From NCBI GenBank assembly GCA_000175855.1, contig ACYB01000032.1, positions 1 through 16,538 on the forward strand: a DNA stretch of 16,538 nt. Direction: 5' to 3'. The notes under the pieces are model-generated. The model made no database searches, was not told the origin of the DNA, and was given only the letters and a program-made list of their open reading frames with translations. Each line of letters begins with the position of its first letter. Position 1 is the first letter of the stretch. This stretch comes from Raphidiopsis brookii D9 (GTDB taxonomy: Bacteria > Cyanobacteriota > Cyanobacteriia > Cyanobacteriales > Nostocaceae). The position numbers were made by a program, and so were the translations under genes. Positions 8,999 through 16,446 of the stretch are shown here, piece by piece.

Positions 8999-9385
8999 CT
9001 ACTCATCGCCGTTTCTTGAATCACCTCGGGTAGGTTTATATCTTTGAGTCCACCACACCATGCAATCACACAGTTGTGTTAGTATCACTAGTGTAACCTT
9101 GCGATATTCCAAAGGAAATATTGCTGAATCCCACAGCCCTTCAGGAGTATCAGGAACAGTAATATCAGCTTGCTGCATAATTTCGACTAGTTCATTCCAG
9201 GTAGCCCGCCAGTACTTAGATTTTTCACCTTCTAAACGTAGCTGTTCCCCCCAGAATCTCTCCAATCCATAGGGAACAGTAGCACGCATTTTATGAACCT
9301 GGTTAACTGTTTCTCTGTCTTCATTTCGGTACTCACAAACCAGACTGTGAGCAATTTTATCTAAACTCAAATCTTTCCAAGTCAT
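8999..9385 (-). CDS. cmr5: Putative small subunit (Cmr5/Cas11-like), assigned by position and size
   Basis: 128 aa, predicted all-helical, lying between cmr4 and cmr6 where cmr5 sits in cmr2-3-4-5-6 operons. An AAGGA RBS is present. I recognise no diagnostic sequence motif. Confidence 0.45.
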   Translation of the reverse strand: MTWKDLSLDKIAHSLVCEYRNEDRETVNQVHKMRATVPYGLERFWGEQLRLEGEKSKYWRATWNELVEIMQQADITVPDTPEGLWDSAIFPLEYRKVTLVILTQLCDCMVWWTQRYKPTRGDSRNGDE

Positions 9386-9409
9386 ATTTCTATCCTTAAC
9401 AATAACTAA

Positions 9410-10315
9410 TTAATCTTCCCGAACATTTGTATTAAACAATGTCATTTGACATTGTCCAAATCCCACCGATTCTAGCCCCCCTAGGTAAACATTACTGACC
9501 ACTTTTTTGTCATTATTTCCATCATGTTTAGCCTTACTATCTTGAGGTTTATGATTCTGAACTTCCTTTTTACCAAAGGGTTCCCACTGTTTATTATCCC
9601 TATTTTTTTTCAATCCAATGGGAAAAGCTAAAATTGTTTCTTCTGGTAATGCTTCAACTCCGAAAAAAGCTTTGTCTGCATTGCGCTTTTGATTTTTCTC
9701 CAGGGCAACACGACTTTGACGATACAAGGCCATGTCGTGAATCATGGATATTTCATCATCACCGACTATGACTGCTGGTAATTCTTCACCGTCGGGGAAC
9801 CAATCCGATGAAATAGTACCATTGGCAATAGTCAAAAACCCAAAGTTGAAGAATAATTTTTGATTTGGCAAAGGAGTAAGTGATTCCGATTTCACGTATG
9901 TACGAGGTAATATCAAATCATTTAATCCAGCTATTCTTTGATAACGTTTAAGCAAGCGTTTACAACTTACCCAGATAATTGGTTGTCCCGGGCAAAACAC
10001 GGGTAACCACACAATAGAAGCGTATTCAAACTTTACCCGGGACTCTGTTGTTCGGTTAGAAACAGTACCGTTACTTAATTTTTGTTCGTCATCATCCGTT
10101 ACGTCACTACCATACCATATTCTGACTTCTTCTTCCCCTTGATAATATCGCATTTCTGCTCGCAATCTACCACGAATTGAGCTACCGGGAATAATACCAG
10201 TTCGGGTAAATTGATCTCGAAAAATTAGGTTCATGTTTCCCGTTTCTTCTCCTGCTGTCGCTCCCACGTGAAGTGGTGCTAAAGTTTTGATAATCCCGTA
10301 AGCTTGGTGATACAT
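9410..10315 (-). CDS. cmr4: Cmr4 (Cas7-family RAMP backbone subunit)
   Basis: IKTLAPLHVGATAGEETGNMNLIFRDQFTRTGIIPGSSIRGRLRAEM aligns with the Cmr4 N-terminal motif (TLTPxHxGxG...PIxRE...IPGSSxKGxLR). The C-terminal loop is LGGLESVGFGQC. An AGGAGG RBS lies 8 nt upstream of the ATG. Confidence 0.85.
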   Translation of the reverse strand: MYHQAYGIIKTLAPLHVGATAGEETGNMNLIFRDQFTRTGIIPGSSIRGRLRAEMRYYQGEEEVRIWYGSDVTDDDEQKLSNGTVSNRTTESRVKFEYASIVWLPVFCPGQPIIWVSCKRLLKRYQRIAGLNDLILPRTYVKSESLTPLPNQKLFFNFGFLTIANGTISSDWFPDGEELPAVIVGDDEISMIHDMALYRQSRVALEKNQKRNADKAFFGVEALPEETILAFPIGLKKNRDNKQWEPFGKKEVQNHKPQDSKAKHDGNNDKKVVSNVYLGGLESVGFGQCQMTLFNTNVRED

Positions 10316-10390
10316 AAAGTTATTCCTCCTGATTTATTATACTCTAACCTTAGAAATGCTCGAGACGATTTTCATGAGAATTAAGGGTGG

Positions 10391-11458
10391 TTACTGATCA
10401 ATACCAATAATGTTTAGAGGTAAACATAAACCACATCCCAATTGTTTTAGAGAAAAGCCCTCATTAGGAAACCATTCGTCGGGAAATCCTGAATCATTTT
10501 CGTCTCCCCACCATGATTTATTTAATGGTTTATCAAAGACGTAAACAGTCCCTGCGGGAACCGCGTAACGCCCTCTTCCTAACCTTCCTTTTCCTTTGGT
10601 ATCTCCCAAACGGTAACGATAGGGAGAAGGCCTATCAGTAAGAATATGACTCGGTTTGGGAAATGTTGTGTGTTCTGGATTTGGATAACGGTGAGAAAAC
10701 CGAGTTGAACCCCACACTCCTGGAGTAATCAAAGCGCAACTGCGTTCAATTTTTTTCCTTAATATTTTTAATATTTTGCTATTGCTTGAAATTTCTTGCG
10801 AAGTGATTTCTACAAGATGGCTTTCACCACCAAAACAATACCATCCTTTAGGTATCTCATGGGTTGATAAATAAACTAAACAGGTTTCATCTTTCTGATC
10901 ATCTCTTGGATAATATCCCATTTGTACGGCATTTTCAAGAAATAATCCCCCTTCTTCTTCAACACATCTTTCATTTTTAACTAGCTTGGGATGCAGTATA
11001 GATATATATTTCCATGGATCATTTGTACCTTTTCCCAAATCTTTTCCCAAAATATGCTTAGCAGGAAAATCCCAATAATTAATACTGTGCCACCTACAAT
11101 CAGGGTCTAAGGAGTTCTCTTTGCGATACCATTTGTCGTTCCTAATTTCCCATTCATCTGATTGCCCACTCTCAAGATTGATAATTTTTGTCCAAGGAAT
11201 AGGAACATAAAAATATTCTAGAGCATTTAGTTTTGCCCAAAAAGGCCCAGCAACGTGTAATTTTTTTAGTTCTTGATGATCGATAAACGGTTCGGATTGA
11301 TTGGCCGCAAAAAACAAACCAGATAATGTACAAGCATCTGGTGGGAATTTGGACCCAGATCTTCCCACTAGATTTTCTGGTGACAAAAATGCCCCAGTGC
11401 TGCCATATAAAAACCCTAAAGGATTAATCACAATTAGATATTTGTACATAGTTGCCAC
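10391..11458 (-). CDS. cmr3: Cmr3 (Cas5-family RAMP)
   Basis: The N-terminus INPLGFLYGSTGAFLSP...SKFPPDACTLSGLFFAA matches the Cmr3 pattern (P.DPLFFRDGRPF...FPPsPsTlaGalR). Glycine-rich C-terminal loops are present (GKGRLGRGRYAVPAGTVYVF, GCGLCLP). It overlaps the cas10 stop by 25 nt, which suggests translational coupling. Confidence 0.8.
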   Translation of the reverse strand: MATMYKYLIVINPLGFLYGSTGAFLSPENLVGRSGSKFPPDACTLSGLFFAANQSEPFIDHQELKKLHVAGPFWAKLNALEYFYVPIPWTKIINLESGQSDEWEIRNDKWYRKENSLDPDCRWHSINYWDFPAKHILGKDLGKGTNDPWKYISILHPKLVKNERCVEEEGGLFLENAVQMGYYPRDDQKDETCLVYLSTHEIPKGWYCFGGESHLVEITSQEISSNSKILKILRKKIERSCALITPGVWGSTRFSHRYPNPEHTTFPKPSHILTDRPSPYRYRLGDTKGKGRLGRGRYAVPAGTVYVFDKPLNKSWWGDENDSGFPDEWFPNEGFSLKQLGCGLCLPLNIIGIDQ

Positions 11459-13035
11459 CCCACGTTAATCAAATCAATAATCCAACTTGTCATAGCGTCA
11501 GCATTAGTTTTACCAGTAATTGCCTTTTCATTATTTACTAAATCCTGTTTGGTGTTAAAATAAATATCAAATAGGGTCAATGCCATAATCCATCCTGAAC
11601 TACTTTGTTTAGACAAATTAATTGCATTACGAAATCTGAGTTGCATTAAATCGTTATAAACATGGTTCCAATTAGGTTCAAACTTAGAATCTCGACCGTT
11701 GCACTCCCATTCTGCATAGGTTTTGCCGTCACGGTCTCGATATTTCTTCAGAACATATAAGTAGTCCCAAGGACAAGTCCACTGTACATACTGCCCACTA
11801 TTAAATAAAACTCGAATAGCTACACGATTACGCCCACTGGATTTTGCTAATTTCTGTGCTTCCCTACAATGCTGTAGCACATCTCGTTGGGGTACACTAC
11901 CTGCGACCCATACAAATCCAACACTCAAAGTAATGGGTTGTTTGTGTTCTTGCCATCTATGATTGAGAGTCATCAACCACTCGTAAGTTGCAAGGGGTGA
12001 AATAGGTTCATGAGGATTATTACTATAAATCACCCCCAAAAAATCATCCCCACCTGCATAAACTATCCTTCCATTAATTCCCGGAATACCTTTCTGAAAA
12101 TGACTAGAGAAATTTTCTCCCCATTTTTGCATTTCTGTACTAAAGTTTTTTAAGCCCACATCACCTTCATTTACCGCAATTTTTTGTAGGTGATCACCCA
12201 CTTTATCCCCATCTCCCATAAACCAACCTGTCCACTGTCCAGGGTTACCAGTTTGTGGATCTGGCTTGCGCTGAATTTCTTGAAATCCCTCGGGTAGAGG
12301 AAACAGTTGAAAACGTTTTCCCACATCGGGGTAAGTTACTAAACGTTTAGTCAATTCAGGAATACTCAATTTCTCTCTAGGGTCAATAAATTTACCCTCG
12401 ACTTCCTCTTGTTTGGTATTTTCAGTTATTTTTGCCAGTTCTGTGTAAAAACGTTCAATCTCTTCCTTCTCTTTTCTGTAGTCAATGTTTGCCGGATTAC
12501 GTTTATTCCCCCCCAATCCAGGAAATGCAATTCCATCAGCACCAGTGAGACTCGAACTTTCCCCAATCCAGTTAATTCCTATCCAGTCGCGAGCTAACTT
12601 ATTGGTTTCTAGTTCTCGCATAACAGAAGTGGGGGAGTCTCCCTGGGACCAAAATATCTCCCAACTGTGATTAGCCCAGTTATTCCACTCACGCTCCCAA
12701 TGGTAGGGACCCAAATGTCTTAAATTTTCACTAAGCCATTTCTCACAGTGGTAGATGACCTCTTTCCAACTTGATAAGAATACTTCTCTTGCTTGGTTCT
12801 CAGGAAAGTTACCCTTAATAAGAATGCGGTTAGGTGTTCCCTGTTTAATATTATGGGTACCGGGGGAAATTACATCCAGCTCCATTTCACAAACAGCATC
12901 GATTATTTTTTTACTCATGTAGGAAAGCAGCACTGAAGCACCATATAGGTCTCGCAGCTTACGAGATTTTTCTATAAATCCTTGTACTGGTGCAAAGGTA
13001 ACAGCAGTATATACACATTTGGGTTGATCAGCCAT
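11434..13035 (-). CDS. cas10: Minimal Cas10/Cmr2 (two Palm domains, GGDD cyclase motif, no HD domain)
   Basis: VYTAVTFAPVQGFIEKSRKLRDLYGASVLLSYM is the Cas10/Cmr2 Palm1 signature and starts at residue 8. WFMGDGDKVGDHL (GDGD at nt 12205-12216) and RIVYAGGDDFLGV (GGDD at nt 12043-12054) form the Palm2 cyclase site. ITLSVGFVW...AKSSGRNRVAIRV is typical of the Palm2 end. No H-D motif region and no CxxC pairs are present. Confidence 0.85.
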   Translation of the reverse strand: MADQPKCVYTAVTFAPVQGFIEKSRKLRDLYGASVLLSYMSKKIIDAVCEMELDVISPGTHNIKQGTPNRILIKGNFPENQAREVFLSSWKEVIYHCEKWLSENLRHLGPYHWEREWNNWANHSWEIFWSQGDSPTSVMRELETNKLARDWIGINWIGESSSLTGADGIAFPGLGGNKRNPANIDYRKEKEEIERFYTELAKITENTKQEEVEGKFIDPREKLSIPELTKRLVTYPDVGKRFQLFPLPEGFQEIQRKPDPQTGNPGQWTGWFMGDGDKVGDHLQKIAVNEGDVGLKNFSTEMQKWGENFSSHFQKGIPGINGRIVYAGGDDFLGVIYSNNPHEPISPLATYEWLMTLNHRWQEHKQPITLSVGFVWVAGSVPQRDVLQHCREAQKLAKSSGRNRVAIRVLFNSGQYVQWTCPWDYLYVLKKYRDRDGKTYAEWECNGRDSKFEPNWNHVYNDLMQLRFRNAINLSKQSSSGWIMALTLFDIYFNTKQDLVNNEKAITGKTNADAMTSWIIDLINVGWQLCTNI

Positions 13036-13158
13036 ACTATTATTTCAAGAGTAACTACGGTTTTGCAATTTAAAAAACTACTATTCCAGCAGATGTAAAA
13101 ACCATGTTTCCGACACGTTAAAGTCTGGGACAATTTCATAAAAATCATCTTGACCTAA

Positions 13159-13776
13159 TCATATCAATTTAATGCTAGGAAAGATTATTTCATCAACAAC
13201 AATAGCAATACCTTCATCTTCCTCCTTTTTTCGTTGCATTTTTACCCTCAGTTCAAGATCTTTAACTTCCTGAGAATACTCATATTTTTTGCGATGTATT
13301 AAGTAAGCGTAAAAGCTATCAGTCCTTACTTTCTCCCCCTGTTCTTCAAGTAAAGAGACAATGTTTGGTTTTAGTTCCTCCATTTCTTTTTCAAGTTCTT
13401 TTTGAATCGTCCTAATCTCTAGATAGCGGTTGAAGTAACTACTTTTTTCATACCCCAAATCCACCAAAGGGATGTGGTGTCCCTGTTCTTTATTCAAAGG
13501 AGGTTGATAATGCTTGATTGCTTCTTCCTCCCATTCTTCTAAGTCTTGCCTATCTTCCCACAGGAAATATCTCAGACCATGGCATTTTGCTTCAAGAAAT
13601 AGGTTTTTTTTCTCGTGAGCTAAATGTCTTTGTTTTAAATTGTCCGCAATTCCACAGTACCATACCCGTGATGCACCGTCAGTAACAAAATAGATACCTG
13701 GATGTTCCGGTAGGGAATTAAAAGCGACAAAGGGCGTATAGGCAAGTTTTTTAATTTGTGTTAATTTTTCTAGCAT
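13159..13776 (-). CDS. GIY-YIG nuclease domain protein with C-terminal coiled-coil region
   Basis: HPGIYFVTDGASRVWYCGIADNLKQRHLAH (GIY ... YCG ... R; nt 13651-13698) followed by LEEWEEEAIKHYQPPLN (catalytic Glu and P..N) gives the full GIY-YIG motif set in residues 25-95. Residues 110-195 are rich in E, K and L heptad-like sequence. Confidence 0.8.
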   Translation of the reverse strand: MLEKLTQIKKLAYTPFVAFNSLPEHPGIYFVTDGASRVWYCGIADNLKQRHLAHEKKNLFLEAKCHGLRYFLWEDRQDLEEWEEEAIKHYQPPLNKEQGHHIPLVDLGYEKSSYFNRYLEIRTIQKELEKEMEELKPNIVSLLEEQGEKVRTDSFYAYLIHRKKYEYSQEVKDLELRVKMQRKKEEDEGIAIVVDEIIFPSIKLI

Positions 13777-13941
13777 GTTGTTATGTTACCGGTGATTTGA
13801 TGTCGTAGTGGTTTCCTAGTTTTCATGTTTTATCAGTAAAAATACGGCTAAACTTAGATTAAAATAAATCCCGTTTGATAAGTCCAGGGGTTTACTTAAG
13901 TATTCAGGTGTTACCTACAATAAGTAATTACATTATTTTTA

Positions 13942-13965
13942 AACATCTATCCTAGGATAGATATT
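13942..13965. promoter_or_regulatory. Palindromic motif copy 1: AACATCTATCC-TA-GGATAGATATT (perfect 18-bp palindrome at 13945-13962)
   Basis: Seen directly in the sequence. It lies 166 nt upstream of the GIY-YIG ATG on the minus strand and 144 nt downstream of the DUF262-DUF1524 stop. On the plus strand it is preceded by AATTAC (13926-13931) at a 10-nt spacing, exactly as in copy 2. Confidence 0.6.
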
Positions 13966-14048
13966 TTTAGGAAATTATGTAGTATTTGCTCGGAAGATAT
14001 AGGGCCAATAAGCGGGGTGGGAATTCTCTTCCTTACCTTTACTGTCAA

Positions 14049-14068
14049 AGGTTCGGTTTACCGAACCT
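14049..14068 (-). terminator. Candidate intrinsic terminator hairpin downstream of the DUF262-DUF1524 gene
   Basis: Perfect 8-bp stem AGGTTCGG/CCGAACCT with a 4-nt loop, 41 nt after the minus-strand stop codon. On the minus strand only TTTG follows, so the U-tract is weak. Confidence 0.35.
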
Positions 14069-14108
14069 CTCAATCAGTGCTTGGCTCCGATTTGCACACA
14101 GATGTACT

Positions 14109-16109
14109 TTATCTAGAATCTTGAGTTTCAATTCTCCATTCATCATCTGATAACCCTGCGGTTTCTATGGCCTTCATATAGAAGTTATAGATCACTTGTG
14201 ATGATAGGTTAACTTCAATAAAAGCTCCATTACGCAGGGTCCGTGTTTCGCGAAAGTTTTTTCTATCCCAACTTATAAAGCGGGTAAATTTCTGGACTAT
14301 ATCATTGAAGGAATTTGGTTCCAAATCAGCAATTTCATTCAAAGTTGTTTCTAAAACATCTCGCCAACTTTTAACAGGATATTGTTTCCCAGAACAAAAA
14401 ACAGCCTTTGGCTTTGGAGTAGTCCCTTTTAACTTAGTAGGGGGGGAAGATTGGGCCGATTCATCACCAAAATAACCCCAAATTTGTAAGGCAATATCAG
14501 CAAGATAGTCGGCTCTTTTTTTAATATCTTCCTCACGCCATTCCTCTCGAGATTGAAAATACTTGTTTAACTCCAAATTACTATTTCTAAAAGTCTGTTT
14601 TTTCTGTTTAAAAGAATCGTTAGAAAGTTCCCCGTTATATGCAGTAAGTGTTAAGTTTCCCAGGGTATGAACCAGAAGTTCATGGGCTTTTTCCCATTCC
14701 TCTCCCAAGTCTTTTTTCCAGGAATCACTGAGATTTTGTGGCATAATATGCTCAATCGAAACATTTTCAAACCTAACCTGTTCTTTATGTCCAAAATATT
14801 CCTCGATGGATTCAAGAATAATCTTGCATTTTTCTGATCGTTTTTCACCGTATAGTTTTACGTCAATCAATCTTGCTTTGAACTCTGCATCTTTAGGATA
14901 GTCTTGATTTTGAAGTGTTAACTTTAGCCTGTCGACAAAATTATCAGAGCCAAGAGCTGTTGCTTTGCTGACTTTTGAATGTAGTAAAGCAAATATTCTG
15001 TTTAGTCCTCTTGTTTGGATATTACAAACAAAACGACGAAGAATGAAGTTCTCGATCACTTTAAGAACAGATATAAATTCCTCTTCTGTCAGTCTTTGGT
15101 TCACACAATCATCATAACAATTTAAGAGAAATGGATAAACAGTTACAACATCTAAACGATTTAACCTACAAAGATATTTACGAATCATATCCTTGGGTTC
15201 TCGTTCTGGGTTTGAAAGTCTTGAATAATATTCCGAAAAAATGTGCAAATGTTTCAGATAAGAACGTGCATCACTTTCATTAATTCTATCTTTGATCTCA
15301 AAATAAATCTCACTTTTCTTAACATCAGAACCACTTTTAGTTAGGTAGTGGCGAATAAACTCCGTTAAATTATCACCTAGCAAATCCTGCATAGGTTGCC
15401 AATATTCAGCATGTATAGGTTCTTGATCTTCCCCAGGAATACGCATGAATAAATAATTTCGGATTAAATCCGCTTGAGTTAAAGGTCTTCCTTTAGCATT
15501 AAGACTTTCAAAAACTAAATAAGGATCATCATCAGCATTCAGAACAACACTCACCACGGAAAAACTACCACCAATAACTTCCTTTATTTTTTGCAGTTCC
15601 GATGATGATGAGATTTTTTTAATCTTCTTTTTAAAAAAGTCATAGCATTCCGAAATTCCACTTTTATTGACGCTGGAATCTGAATTGATTATTTGATGAA
15701 ACACTATACGGTCAACTTGTGTGGGTTGCAACTTATAGTAATCTGAACCATTTTTCTTTTTAAAAGGATTAACCAAAATAGTATCATTGATCTCTTTTGC
15801 CAATTCCTCCTCTGAATGTTTTACAGTATCTCTGAGTGCAGATAGCAGTATAAAAATCGTAGTCAGTCTTTGTTGTCCGTCAATTAGTAGATACTTGCTT
15901 ACTTGTTCTGGGGATGATGTAGTAGGCATAGTTACAATTGAACCCATAAAGTGGGGACGAGGTTTATCTACTTCACATAGACACAAAATATCATTCCATA
16001 ATGTCTTCCACTCAGGTACTTTCCAGCTATATGGTCTTTGAAAGAGAGGAACAATATATTGTCTTGTCCCCTCAAGAATTTGCTGTAGTTTGGTTTCTGA
16101 TGCTTGCAT
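14109..16109 (-). CDS. DUF262-DUF1524 protein (GmrSD/BrxU-like type IV, modification-dependent restriction enzyme family) with extra C-terminal domain
   Basis: N-terminus QYIVPLFQRPYSWKVPEWKTLWNDI and LLIDGQQRLTT (DGQQR at nt 15867-15881) are the DUF262/ParB-like NTPase motifs. SIEHIMPQ...HTLGNLTLTAYNGELSNDSFKQK is the DUF1524 His-Me finger nuclease. About 120 additional C-terminal residues are of unknown type. An AAGGGA RBS precedes the ATG. Confidence 0.85.
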   Translation of the reverse strand: MQASETKLQQILEGTRQYIVPLFQRPYSWKVPEWKTLWNDILCLCEVDKPRPHFMGSIVTMPTTSSPEQVSKYLLIDGQQRLTTIFILLSALRDTVKHSEEELAKEINDTILVNPFKKKNGSDYYKLQPTQVDRIVFHQIINSDSSVNKSGISECYDFFKKKIKKISSSSELQKIKEVIGGSFSVVSVVLNADDDPYLVFESLNAKGRPLTQADLIRNYLFMRIPGEDQEPIHAEYWQPMQDLLGDNLTEFIRHYLTKSGSDVKKSEIYFEIKDRINESDARSYLKHLHIFSEYYSRLSNPEREPKDMIRKYLCRLNRLDVVTVYPFLLNCYDDCVNQRLTEEEFISVLKVIENFILRRFVCNIQTRGLNRIFALLHSKVSKATALGSDNFVDRLKLTLQNQDYPKDAEFKARLIDVKLYGEKRSEKCKIILESIEEYFGHKEQVRFENVSIEHIMPQNLSDSWKKDLGEEWEKAHELLVHTLGNLTLTAYNGELSNDSFKQKKQTFRNSNLELNKYFQSREEWREEDIKKRADYLADIALQIWGYFGDESAQSSPPTKLKGTTPKPKAVFCSGKQYPVKSWRDVLETTLNEIADLEPNSFNDIVQKFTRFISWDRKNFRETRTLRNGAFIEVNLSSQVIYNFYMKAIETAGLSDDEWRIETQDSR

Positions 16110-16360
16110 CTAAATTTCCCTTGTGTTTTTTCTATACAACTTAGTAAGTCTACAACAGCTATGACTGACTCAGTTAAAATATAAACAATTATAATACTCA
16201 TCATAAGACCAAGTATTGTAAATGGTGTCGAAGAGAGAGATGAGACTACCATTACCACCACCATGAAAAAGAGCAAAAATTGAAGCAGACGCATAGTGGC
16301 AATCAAAGTAACATACTTTTTATTTTGAGGATCGCTTGATGGCGGAGTACTTGTACGCAT
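15968..16360 (-). CDS. Hypothetical small protein with two predicted transmembrane helices (doubtful)
   Basis: There are two hydrophobic stretches, LLQFLLFFMVVVMVVSSLSS and FTILGLMMSIIIVYILTESVIAVV. However, the last 142 nt overlap the well-supported DUF262 start out of frame. T-rich sequence also easily yields hydrophobic pseudo-ORFs. Confidence 0.3.
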   Translation of the reverse strand: MRTSTPPSSDPQNKKYVTLIATMRLLQFLLFFMVVVMVVSSLSSTPFTILGLMMSIIIVYILTESVIAVVDLLSCIEKTQGKFRCKHQKPNYSKFLRGQDNILFLSFKDHIAGKYLSGRHYGMIFCVYVK

Positions 16361-16446
16361 GATAAAATAGTAGGTGGTTTTCGACTAAATGTGTAAATCA
16401 CAACTAAATGTAAGCATTTATACTGTAAAAAATTACTGGGTCTCAT

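Noticed and set aside
5222-10356. 12-nt exact match TAACCTTAGAAA at 5222-5233 and 10345-10356
   Set aside because: A handful of 12-mer coincidences is expected in 16.5 kb of AT-rich DNA, there is no extended similarity, and the contexts are unrelated (the gap versus the cmr3-cmr4 spacer).
11434-13035. Alternative reading of the 533-aa GGDD protein as a stand-alone GGDEF diguanylate cyclase or minimal CRISPR-polymerase (mCpol) protein
   Set aside because: The N-terminal VQGFIxxSRKLRDLxGASxLLSY Palm1 signature, the second Palm domain, and the translationally coupled cmr3-cmr4-cmr6 genes all fit Cas10/Cmr2, not a one-domain cyclase.
16384-16411. Direct repeat ACTAAATGT (16384-16392 and 16403-16411) and a small AAATG/CATTT hairpin upstream of the minus-strand genes
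   Set aside because: It is short, AT-rich and not repeated near palindrome copy 1. It may be promoter-related, but there is no specific support.
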